Both the position numbers and the translations under genes were made by a program. A stretch of 55,621 bases of DNA from a virus (taxonomy: Duplodnaviria; Caudoviricetes): IMG/VR virus record IMGVR_UViG_3300042327_001345, positions 1-55,621 of that record; one strand, given 5' to 3'. The first letter of the stretch is position 1. Each line of letters starts with the position of its first letter. The notes under the pieces were generated by a model, which saw only the letters and a program-made list of their open reading frames with translations, was not told the origin of the DNA and searched no databases. Below are positions 27,397 to 35,473 of this stretch, one piece after another.

Positions 27397-28149
27397 ATGC
27401 CTATTCAATTTGACAATACAAGTCCAAATACTGGCACCATTAACCTAAAACCCGGAACGAGTGGAAACTTCACGCTAGTCTTGCCAACGTCAGATGGCAC
27501 GGCTAACCAAGTTCTACAAACAAATGGCGCAGGAGTTTTATCGTTCGGCACGCCCGCTTCTGGCGTGTCAACCATAAGCTTTGGCACAACTGGGCTGACT
27601 CCTTCGACAGCAACAAGCGGAGCCGTTTCGGTGAGCGGTCTATTGGTGCCGAGTTTTGGTGGCACTGGGATTGCAAACAACAACGCCAGTACGATTGCAA
27701 TAATTGGCAATTTTGCTTCGACCTTCAGCGTTTCAGGCGCGTACACCTACACCTTCCCCGGTCAAAGTGACACTCTGGCTGGATTGGCGACAACACAAAC
27801 ATTCACAAACAAAACCCTCACAAACCAAACCGTCACAAATTATGTTGAGACTACGTTTTCTGCCACAGGCTCGTCATTCGTTGTTGATTTTGCCAACGGA
27901 ACTGTCCAGCAATTCACAACAAACGCAAACACAACAATAACGTTACCTTCCGCTGTTGTGGGCAAGGCCATGATCATTCGCGTAATTTATGGCGGAACGC
28001 ACACTTTGACATGGGCGGGTGGAACGCTCATAAAATTCCCCGGGGGAACTGCACCAACAGCCACTTCTGTCAACGGAAAAATAGATGTCTTTTCTGTTTT
28101 TCAAAACGCCACAGCAACCTTTATTACAGCCGTAGGATTGAACTACTAA
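27397..28149 (+). CDS. Tail fibre-associated protein
   Basis: LPTSDGTANQVLQTNGAGVLSF; TQTFTNKTLT; C-terminal KFPGGTAPT...KIDVFS domain. Confidence 0.7.
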   Translation: MPIQFDNTSPNTGTINLKPGTSGNFTLVLPTSDGTANQVLQTNGAGVLSFGTPASGVSTISFGTTGLTPSTATSGAVSVSGLLVPSFGGTGIANNNASTIAIIGNFASTFSVSGAYTYTFPGQSDTLAGLATTQTFTNKTLTNQTVTNYVETTFSATGSSFVVDFANGTVQQFTTNANTTITLPSAVVGKAMIIRVIYGGTHTLTWAGGTLIKFPGGTAPTATSVNGKIDVFSVFQNATATFITAVGLNY

Positions 28150-30329
28150 TGGCATTTTCATCAACATCAGCAGGCGGCAGTTCAGGTTCTGCGCCACTCC
28201 CACCGGCCACAAACCCGGATTTTCGTAACGTCGAGCTACTGTATAACTTTGATGGCGCGTCTGGCCAAAATCTTACCTCTGGCATTACCAGAGACGCGGG
28301 ATCTTTGACTAGCGTACAGGCAAGCCTCGTGGGCGCACCTACGTCCATGTTCACAACCAACACTACAGGCAATCCATTTAAGCAAAGCTACAGCTACGAA
28401 TTTAGATCATCGGATAACTGCGCTCTTAGCACTGCGTTCAGTACTGCAACTTATGCAATGGGAACGGGAGATTTTTGTATTGAGTGGTGGATGTACCCAA
28501 CTGATACAAACAAGGGAACAATAATTAATATCGACGACAACAATAGCGCAGGCCGTCTCGTCATATTTTTTAACCAAACTAGTTTTGCCAACAGAATATT
28601 TGTGGGGGTAGGCCCGACACCAACGCAAGTTTATTGCGACGCAACAACCGTTTCTTACTATCAATGGACGCATATAGCGCTTGTGCGAATTGGCACAAAC
28701 ATGCGCATGTTTTTTAATGGAGTGGCTGGCGGAACAGTAACCAACTCTACGAACTTTACATGCACAGCCGGAAGGGTGTTTTGGGGTTGCTCGTCAATTC
28801 CAGCCGCAACAGCTAATGACCCCTATAACGGTTTAATCTCAAACTTCAGGATAACTAAAGGCAATGGTGTTTACACGGGCGCTTTCACAGTGCCAAACGG
28901 CCCATTACAAACTACACAAGCGGCTGGTACAAACATAAATGCAATTACAGCCGGGCAATGTACCGTTTTGATGACAAAGCGGCCATATATTGCAAATGAA
29001 CTAAACTTGCCCAACTTAAGCACCTTTGTTAGAGGTAACACCACCAACACTCAATTGTCGCCGCGAATAGTTTCAAAAATTCCGTTTGTAAATCAAACGT
29101 TCGGAAGCGCAACACCATCGGTAGGCATAGCTTGGAGTGGCGCATCATTTGCCGGTAATTTTTCGTCAACCGGAACAAATGGCGTTCGCATGCAAACCAT
29201 TGGCACCATTCCTGCCTATGGAAGTGCCACTCTTTTTACATGGACGTGGTGGGCTTATTTGGCTGACGATACAGCAACGTCTCAAATTTGGAATTACTCT
29301 GACGGCGCAATTAACTACGTCAGTATTCAAGCGACCACCGCAGGCAATTTGACAGCTTCAATCCTTGGCACAGCAATGACGGTGCTAAACACAATTGCGA
29401 CAAAATATTTGGCTGGACAATGGAACCACTTTGCCTTGGTAAGGACAAGTGGCACGGTTATGACGTTATATGTAAACGGCCAAGGCGCTTACCGAAGAAC
29501 CACCGCCGCAAATATGGCATCAACCAACCCCGATTGGCAATCTGGAGAAACTCTACTTAACAGATCAAAAATATGCAATTTTAGCGCTATATCTGGTACG
29601 GCGGTTTACACTGCGGACTTTGTGCCTCCAACCGCCCCTGTGGCCAACCCCGCAAATTTACAATGGCGCTTGGATCCAGACCCAATTGGCATAATTGATT
29701 GGTCGCAAAAACAAGATTATCTTTTCAGTACGACATTTAATAATAGTTTAAATACCTCGCAAACTAAATTTGGCACATCATCTTTGCGGTTGGCGGGCGC
29801 TATAAATGATCCGCTTGTTACCCGTGGCGTAGCGCAAAATAACCAAAATTTGCGTTTTTTAAAGGGGCCGTTTACTGTTGAATTCTGGTTGTGGATTGAT
29901 CCAGCCGCTACTGGCGCACAAAAAGGCATCTTGCAAATCGGGGATGCGTCCGCGGGGTTTGGCGGCGGAGGTTTGGCAATTGAACAGTCGTCCGCCAACG
30001 CTTTAACGGTCTACAGAGCCGGATCAGGAATTGCCGGAACCGCGGGCAAATTGGTGCCTAGCTCTTGGATACACATTGCCGTGGTCAGAGAAGTTCCTGC
30101 TGGCGCTGGTATTGGCACGCAATTCATGCGGGTTTACATCAACGGCATACTTGACTCCGCATTAAATACAACCGACACAACAAACTACACCGGCGGCTAC
30201 TTAACAATTGGCGGCGCAATTAATTCTACGCAAAACATATCGGGTTATATGTCCAACTTGCGGGTTTCTTCGGTTGCGGTTTACACGGCAAATTTTGCAG
30301 TTCCGACTGCGGCCTTTCCAAATGTCTAA
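28149..30329 (+). CDS. LamG/concanavalin A-like lectin-domain tail protein (three domains), probable receptor binding
   Basis: DFCIEWW...WTHIALVR, WNHFALVR, FTVEFWLW...WIHIAVVR...YTANFAVPTAAF; TAATG overlap at 28147-28151. Confidence 0.82.
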   Translation: MAFSSTSAGGSSGSAPLPPATNPDFRNVELLYNFDGASGQNLTSGITRDAGSLTSVQASLVGAPTSMFTTNTTGNPFKQSYSYEFRSSDNCALSTAFSTATYAMGTGDFCIEWWMYPTDTNKGTIINIDDNNSAGRLVIFFNQTSFANRIFVGVGPTPTQVYCDATTVSYYQWTHIALVRIGTNMRMFFNGVAGGTVTNSTNFTCTAGRVFWGCSSIPAATANDPYNGLISNFRITKGNGVYTGAFTVPNGPLQTTQAAGTNINAITAGQCTVLMTKRPYIANELNLPNLSTFVRGNTTNTQLSPRIVSKIPFVNQTFGSATPSVGIAWSGASFAGNFSSTGTNGVRMQTIGTIPAYGSATLFTWTWWAYLADDTATSQIWNYSDGAINYVSIQATTAGNLTASILGTAMTVLNTIATKYLAGQWNHFALVRTSGTVMTLYVNGQGAYRRTTAANMASTNPDWQSGETLLNRSKICNFSAISGTAVYTADFVPPTAPVANPANLQWRLDPDPIGIIDWSQKQDYLFSTTFNNSLNTSQTKFGTSSLRLAGAINDPLVTRGVAQNNQNLRFLKGPFTVEFWLWIDPAATGAQKGILQIGDASAGFGGGGLAIEQSSANALTVYRAGSGIAGTAGKLVPSSWIHIAVVREVPAGAGIGTQFMRVYINGILDSALNTTDTTNYTGGYLTIGGAINSTQNISGYMSNLRVSSVAVYTANFAVPTAAFPNV

Positions 30330-30338
30330 AGGAAAATC

Positions 30339-30797
30339 ATGCACATAGCTTTACTGACCGACCCAATCACCGTAGATGATTACAGAGTGTTGTTTCCAAA
30401 CACGAGCTTTGCATCACAGGGGCCAAACGACGAATTTCTTTTGCAAAACAATGCTCGAAACGTTTCGTACACAAAGACTTGCAACTATTCTGTGGAGCGA
30501 CTACAAGGTTGTGATCCGTATTTGGAAGGCGATATTGTTTACATGGTGGCTGTAGTGCCATTAACTGAAGAAGAAAAGCTTATAGTGAGAAACAGCAATC
30601 TGGTGAACGTGCGTGCACAGCGAAATCGGTTGTTGGCCGAAAGCGACTGGACGCAAATGGCAGACGCTAATGTCAGCAACAAAGCGGAGTGGGCGGCATA
30701 CCGAGACATCCTGCGAAACCTGCCCGATACAATTGTGGATCCGTTAACGGATTCGGTTGTTTATCCCGAACAGCCGCCAGTTGTAAAACTCACTTAA
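30339..30797 (+). CDS. Tail fibre assembly chaperone
   Basis: VRAQRNRLLAESDWTQMAD...WAAYRDILRNLP. Confidence 0.85.
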   Translation: MHIALLTDPITVDDYRVLFPNTSFASQGPNDEFLLQNNARNVSYTKTCNYSVERLQGCDPYLEGDIVYMVAVVPLTEEEKLIVRNSNLVNVRAQRNRLLAESDWTQMADANVSNKAEWAAYRDILRNLPDTIVDPLTDSVVYPEQPPVVKLT

Positions 30798-30807
30798 AGG
30801 ACTGCAA

Positions 30808-30984
30808 ATGAAAAAACTGTTTTTTACCGTAGAAAACGTAAATCAAATTTTTGCTTATTTGGGCCAAAGACCTTATCAAGAGGTTTACCAATTGGTTGAC
30901 ATGATGCAAAAAGCCGTTGCTGATCAACAGCAAGAACCAACAACTGAAGTGCAAGTTGAAACACCGGGAGAAAACAATGACTGA
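30808..30984 (+). CDS. Small hypothetical protein (58 aa; not in ORF track)
   Basis: AAGGA RBS; MKKLFFTVENVNQIFAYLGQRPYQEVYQLVDMMQK... Confidence 0.75.
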   Translation: MKKLFFTVENVNQIFAYLGQRPYQEVYQLVDMMQKAVADQQQEPTTEVQVETPGENND

Positions 30985-31138
30985 AGAAAACAAGATCGAC
31001 GACAAGGTAGAAGATCAAGCGCCTGAACAAGTTGAGGTGCAGGCTGAGGTTGCCGAAAAACCCGCAAAGGTCGCAAAGGCTGACCCGCAGGCTGATATCC
31101 CTCCAGAAAACCGCGTCTGGCCACCTCCCGCCGCCTGA
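30977..31138 (+). CDS. Small acidic hypothetical protein
   Basis: GGGAG RBS before ATG 30977. Confidence 0.6.
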   Translation: MTEENKIDDKVEDQAPEQVEVQAEVAEKPAKVAKADPQADIPPENRVWPPPAA

Positions 31139-31140
31139 TC

Positions 31141-31335
31141 ATGGAAGACACCGCAACGAAATTGGCAGTGCACGAAGCTGTGTGCCAAGAGCGATACAAC
31201 ACGGTTCATTCGATTTTGCGCGAGGGCGACAAGCGCATGAGCAAGATTGAATACCTGTTGTACGCGGTGATCCTCTGCGTCTTGTTTGGCCCGGGCGTGG
31301 CTGGCGAGTTCATCAAAAAACTTTTAGGGTTATGA
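31141..31335 (+). CDS. Small membrane protein (holin-like)
   Basis: HEAVCQERY coiled segment plus C-terminal TM helix; first gene of lysis cassette. Confidence 0.7.
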   Translation: MEDTATKLAVHEAVCQERYNTVHSILREGDKRMSKIEYLLYAVILCVLFGPGVAGEFIKKLLGL

Positions 31336-31336
31336 G

Positions 31337-32011
31337 ATCGATCCGCTCAGTCTGTTGCTGGCCGCAAACGCCTGTTGCGCCGCCATCAAGGAAGGTGCCG
31401 AACTTTACCGACAGGCCAAAAGTGCGTTTGTGGAGGTTAAGTCCACTGTTGACGAAGTTGCTGGTATTGCCGCAGAGGTCACCGGATTCTGGCAAAAGCT
31501 CTTTGGAGCAAAGCCAAAAGCCAAGCCTGTGGCGAAAGCGGCAAGGAAAACGACAAAATATGTAGCGATCGACGAACATCAGGTGATGTCTGACATCGTC
31601 GCTCAGTTGACAAATTTTTTCAAAATCCAAGAGCAGTTAATTGAGCACTTGAGGCTCGAAGAACAAAAATCGCAGACGGAGGTTGACACAAATCATTCGG
31701 TCATGGAATCCGCTCTCCAGCGCGTGCTGATTCAAGATCGACTGGCTCAACTGGAAACTGAAATTCGCGAGGCGATGATCTATAACACCCCGCCGGAGAT
31801 GGGTGCGATGTGGTCAAAAACCCTCAAGATGCGTGACGTAATAAAACTGGAGCAGAACAAGGCCCGGAAAAAGCGAGATGAAGATGCATGGTTACGAAAA
31901 GAGCGGGAGCGACTTCACCAAGAAAAGTTGGCGTATCTAATAGTAACTATCCTATGCCTCCTCTATCTGTGGATGCTCCTCGTCGTCTTAAGCAAGATTG
32001 GGAAAGTGTGA
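31337..32011 (+). CDS. Coiled-coil protein with C-terminal TM helix; likely non-AUG (ATC) start
   Basis: Frame opens after TAG 31325 and reads ...IDPLSLLLAANACC; C-terminal LAYLIVTILCLLYLWMLLVVL. Confidence 0.7.
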   Translation: MDPLSLLLAANACCAAIKEGAELYRQAKSAFVEVKSTVDEVAGIAAEVTGFWQKLFGAKPKAKPVAKAARKTTKYVAIDEHQVMSDIVAQLTNFFKIQEQLIEHLRLEEQKSQTEVDTNHSVMESALQRVLIQDRLAQLETEIREAMIYNTPPEMGAMWSKTLKMRDVIKLEQNKARKKRDEDAWLRKERERLHQEKLAYLIVTILCLLYLWMLLVVLSKIGKV

Positions 32012-32277
32012 TGGGTTGGATAGCCGCTTGCGTTTTGGTAGCCTTGCTCCTGCCCTTGGTCGGCATGATGCTGTTGGACAATTTGACAATTGCTAACAGA
32101 GCCGAAAAAGCTTTGGAAAAAATTGAAAAAATTGAAAGACAAATTGAAAAGGAACGACGTGAAAAAAATCGCAAAAAGCCTGATTCTTACGACGGCAATC
32201 TTGTTTTTGACAGGATGCGACGATCGATTCCGCTACCCGTGCCAAGACCCAACGAATTGGGAAAAACCCGAATGTAA
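32011..32277 (+). CDS. N-terminal TM plus coiled-coil protein (i-spanin-like)
   Basis: MGWIAACVLVALLLPLVGMML followed by AEKALEKIEKIERQIEKE. Confidence 0.6.
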   Translation: MGWIAACVLVALLLPLVGMMLLDNLTIANRAEKALEKIEKIERQIEKERREKNRKKPDSYDGNLVFDRMRRSIPLPVPRPNELGKTRM

Positions 32278-32347
32278 GCCGCCAATCTGCACCGCTTCTG
32301 GCACATGCCCTGAGATGCTCATCAAACCTGAACAGGAGAAAAAATAA
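32159..32347 (+). CDS. Cys/Pro-rich lipoprotein (o-spanin-like)
   Basis: AAGGA RBS, GTG start, signal KKIAKSLILTTAILFLTG-C, mature CDDRFRYPCQDP..W..PECKPPIC...GTC. Confidence 0.75.
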   Translation: MKKIAKSLILTTAILFLTGCDDRFRYPCQDPTNWEKPECKPPICTASGTCPEMLIKPEQEKK

Positions 32348-32661
32348 TGCCTACCGTCGCCTACAAAACAAACAACCGCTTGAGCGCAGATGAAATTGAG
32401 GTCAGGGTCTGGGCGTTTGTCATCGTGGTCTTGGTGACCATTCTGCTGGCTTCCATGGGGATGTTTCTCTACTCAGTTTCGTTCGTACAACAGCCCATGA
32501 ATGGCCAAATGGCGGCTATCGACCGCGTATATACCCAACAAATCTCCACCATCATGGTGTTTATCACGGGTGTCTTGGGTGGCGTTGCCGGGCGATCTGG
32601 GGTCAAGGCGGTGGCCAACGCTATGGCCAAAGCTGAGGCCAACGACAATGAAACGCCATGA
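32347..32661 (+). CDS. Two-TM membrane protein, putative holin
   Basis: AGGAG RBS; two hydrophobic helices. Confidence 0.65.
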   Translation: MPTVAYKTNNRLSADEIEVRVWAFVIVVLVTILLASMGMFLYSVSFVQQPMNGQMAAIDRVYTQQISTIMVFITGVLGGVAGRSGVKAVANAMAKAEANDNETP

Positions 32662-33116
32662 GAGGGCTTCTATCTGGCCTGATTGCCTTGCTGATAGCCT
32701 TCGGCGGGGGCTACTGGTACGGCACGCATCGTGAGGCCAAAGCCCAGCAGGCCGAGGTTGACCGCTTAAACGCCGAGGCCCGGGTCAAGGAAAAAGCTCT
32801 GACATCCGCCGTAACAACAACCGCAACCGCATTGAGGACAACAAATGAACGTGCAAAACTGGTTATTGAAAGGCGCAACGCTGATATTGAGTCTGGCCGT
32901 ATTAGGTTGCGCGTCCAAACGACCTGCCCCGTACAAGCCGCCGACGATTCCGCCGCTCCCGCCGGAAATAGCGTTCAAGCAACAGCCGAACTTGACCCAG
33001 CGCTTGCTCAACGAATTGTCAGTATCACCGACCAAGGAGACGCAAATACCCGGCAACTGAATGCCTGTATTGATGCGTACAACGAAGTTTATAAAGCCCT
33101 TAAGGAGAAACCATGA
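32658..33116 (+). CDS. Rz: Rz-like i-spanin
   Basis: N-terminal TM, coiled coil, GRIRLRV..CP, AELDP..AQRIVSIT..GD...RQLNAC. Confidence 0.85.
   Translation: MRGLLSGLIALLIAFGGGYWYGTHREAKAQQAEVDRLNAEARVKEKALTSAVTTTATALRTTNERAKLVIERRNADIESGRIRLRVQTTCPVQAADDSAAPAGNSVQATAELDPALAQRIVSITDQGDANTRQLNACIDAYNEVYKALKEKP
32845..33060 (+). CDS. Rz1: Rz1-like o-spanin embedded in Rz (+1 frame)
   Basis: GAGG RBS; lipobox VLG-C; Pro-rich mature part (PAPYKPPTIPPLPPE). Confidence 0.78.
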   Translation: MNVQNWLLKGATLILSLAVLGCASKRPAPYKPPTIPPLPPEIAFKQQPNLTQRLLNELSVSPTKETQIPGN

Positions 33117-33541
33117 ACCTGTCACCCAATTTCACCCTTGAAGAATTGACCCATACCGATCACCGCGAGCACGACAACACGCCAAACGACGAAGAGATTG
33201 CCAACTTAGTCCGGCTGGCGGAGTTTTTGGAATTGGTGCGCGATGTGGTTGGCGACAAACCCATAATGGTGAATTCTGCATTCAGATCCGAATCGGTTAA
33301 CAAGGCTGTGGGCTCGAGCGATCGGTCACAACATCGACGGGGCTGTGCTGTTGATTTCCGTGTAAAAGGCATGACCCCAAACGAGGTTGTCACGGCAATT
33401 ATTGAGTCCGGCCTTGAGTACGATCAGGTCATCCGAGAGTTTGACCGTTGGACGCACCTTTCGATCCCCAACACGGAAGATGCCAAGCCTCGTAAACAGG
33501 CCCTGATTATTGACAAACAGGGCACTCGAGCGTTTGCGTAA
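33113..33541 (+). CDS. Endolysin, peptidase M15 family (Peptidase_M15_3-like)
   Basis: LSPNFTLEEL, VNSAFR...VNKAVG...SQH..G.AVD, DQVIREF..WTHLS. Confidence 0.9.
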   Translation: MNLSPNFTLEELTHTDHREHDNTPNDEEIANLVRLAEFLELVRDVVGDKPIMVNSAFRSESVNKAVGSSDRSQHRRGCAVDFRVKGMTPNEVVTAIIESGLEYDQVIREFDRWTHLSIPNTEDAKPRKQALIIDKQGTRAFA

Positions 33542-33562
33542 ACCGGGTATACAACCTAAAAT
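33534..33562 (+). promoter_or_regulatory. Candidate sigma70 promoter for tail/ejection operon
   Basis: TTGCGT-17 nt-TAAAAT upstream of 33603. Confidence 0.45.
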
Positions 33563-33602
33563 GAAGCAGGTGTAGGGGCTAACAAGCGAAAGGCAACCGG
33601 TT

Positions 33603-34238
33603 ATGGCAACAGCAGTGGCGCAGACTTACAACAACCTAGTCACCAGCGTTGAGGCTTATCTGGAGCGAACAGACGCAACGACGATAGCGTACATCCCGAC
33701 TTTCATCATGTTGGCCGAGCAAGTGCTCGCCGCAGACTTGAAGTTTTTGGGCAACCTGAACGTTGGTAATTTCACGCTTGTCCCCGGCCAATCCGTAATA
33801 CAAAAACCGGCTCGTTGGCACAAAACCGTTTCAATGAACATGACGGTTGCCGGTGATAGACAGCCTTTGTTTCTGCGCAAATACGAATTCATGCGCGAAT
33901 ACTGGCCGTCAACCACCGAAACAGCCGTGCCCAAATATTACGGCGACTACGACTACACGCACTGGCTGGTTGCTCCCACCCCTGATCTTGCTTACTCCAT
34001 GGAAGTCAGCTACTACGAGCGCGTACAGCCATTGGACAGCACCAACCAAACCAATTGGTTCACTCAGTATGCCCCGCAGGCCATGTTGTATGGCACATTG
34101 TTACAAGCAATGCCCTTCCTCAAAAACGACGAGCGTTTACAAATGTGGCAAGCACAGTATTCGCAAATCATCACCGCATTGAAGGAAGAAGACAAATCCC
34201 GGATTGGTGACCGACAAGCTATAGCTCTCGACTCATGA
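33603..34238 (+). CDS. Tail adaptor or tubular protein A-like
   Basis: TYNNL...YLER.D...IPTFI.LAE, P.YY, LVAPTPD..Y, TNW....P..LYG.L..A.PFLKNDER. Confidence 0.7.
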   Translation: MATAVAQTYNNLVTSVEAYLERTDATTIAYIPTFIMLAEQVLAADLKFLGNLNVGNFTLVPGQSVIQKPARWHKTVSMNMTVAGDRQPLFLRKYEFMREYWPSTTETAVPKYYGDYDYTHWLVAPTPDLAYSMEVSYYERVQPLDSTNQTNWFTQYAPQAMLYGTLLQAMPFLKNDERLQMWQAQYSQIITALKEEDKSRIGDRQAIALDS

Positions 34239-35473
34239 CTTCATATATTTCACCATTTACAGGGGATGTCGTTGTCCCTACGGATGTAAGTTATGTCAGC
34301 TATACGCTGGCGGCATCTTTGCAGTTGACGTGGCCAGCGAATGGCACGGATGCCGACAATGTTGCGGCTCGCATCATGGATGTCCAAACGCCAAACTTTG
34401 CGTTCAAGCTAAAGATGCCTCCAGCGAGTCAAACCTCCGTTGGTACGGATGCCTTGATCAGAAACACCGGCGCAGTCAATCTGGAAGTTACGAACACCAA
34501 TCTGGGCACAATCACGACGATTCTGCCCGGGGTGGCCGCATACATCTACTTGACCGACAACACCACGGCAAACGGCGTTTGGGGCGTGTTCACGTTTGGC
34601 GCGGGCACATCCACAGCCAACGCGGCAACCTTGGCCGGTTACGGAATTTTGGCGGCAGGCTTAACGCTGAATCAAAGCCATCCGGTCACAAATTTGACGG
34701 CTAGCTATGTGTTCAGCGCCGCCGACAGGGCGCAAGTATTGGAGTGGCCAACATCAGGCGGCACCACAACGGTGACCCTTCCCCTTGCGAGCACGCTGGG
34801 CAACAACTGGTTCTTCATGTTCAAAAACAACGGGACTGGAATTGTGAACCTAGCCACCACGTCCGGTGAGCTTTTAGATGGATCGGCCAGTTCAAAAACG
34901 TTTGCCCCGTCAGAGTCTGCATTTATTATTTGCAACGGGACTGCTTTCATTACGGTCGGATACGGCGTTAGCACGTTGTTCAACTTCACTGCCGCAACAA
35001 AAGTGCTGTCAACCGGAACGGTCACCCTGTCCGCCTCGGAGGCATCAAACACTATCCAAACATTTACCGGAACACTCACCGGCAATGTGACGGTTTATTT
35101 CCCTCCTGTGGTCAACTTGTATGTGGTGAGCAATCAAACCACGGGCCCCTACACAGTTACGATTGGAACGACTCTTGGTTTGACGGTCGTAGTTCCGACG
35201 GGAACGCAAGCAACTGTAGTGTGCGACGGAACAGACTTCTTGAACGCAAACACCACAACAATTGTGGGTTCAGCGGTTTCATTTATTGACGGATCCGCCT
35301 CAAATCCCGCGGCGTTTTTTGCTTCAGAAACCAACACGGGTATTTTTAGATCTGCCCCGGGCGAGTTTGCTATTTCTATTTTGGGAACAAAAAGAGGAGC
35401 TTTTACAGCAACTGGATTTGAAATTACCGGAACCGGTAACTTTACAGGCGGAATATCGGGCGGGTCTTTCTGA
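34235..35473 (+). CDS. Tail structural protein
   Basis: ATGA coupling; beta-rich; DGSASNPA..F..ETNTGIFR fibre-like motif. Confidence 0.65.
   Translation: MTSYISPFTGDVVVPTDVSYVSYTLAASLQLTWPANGTDADNVAARIMDVQTPNFAFKLKMPPASQTSVGTDALIRNTGAVNLEVTNTNLGTITTILPGVAAYIYLTDNTTANGVWGVFTFGAGTSTANAATLAGYGILAAGLTLNQSHPVTNLTASYVFSAADRAQVLEWPTSGGTTTVTLPLASTLGNNWFFMFKNNGTGIVNLATTSGELLDGSASSKTFAPSESAFIICNGTAFITVGYGVSTLFNFTAATKVLSTGTVTLSASEASNTIQTFTGTLTGNVTVYFPPVVNLYVVSNQTTGPYTVTIGTTLGLTVVVPTGTQATVVCDGTDFLNANTTTIVGSAVSFIDGSASNPAAFFASETNTGIFRSAPGEFAISILGTKRGAFTATGFEITGTGNFTGGISGGSF

Noticed and set aside
24292-30329. Many GG dipeptides (NGGTG, SGGGG) in tail fibre proteins as members of the GG tag
   Set aside because: Different context (fibre repeat turns in Thr/Ser-rich beta sequence, no basic or aromatic-Met lead-in); not counted
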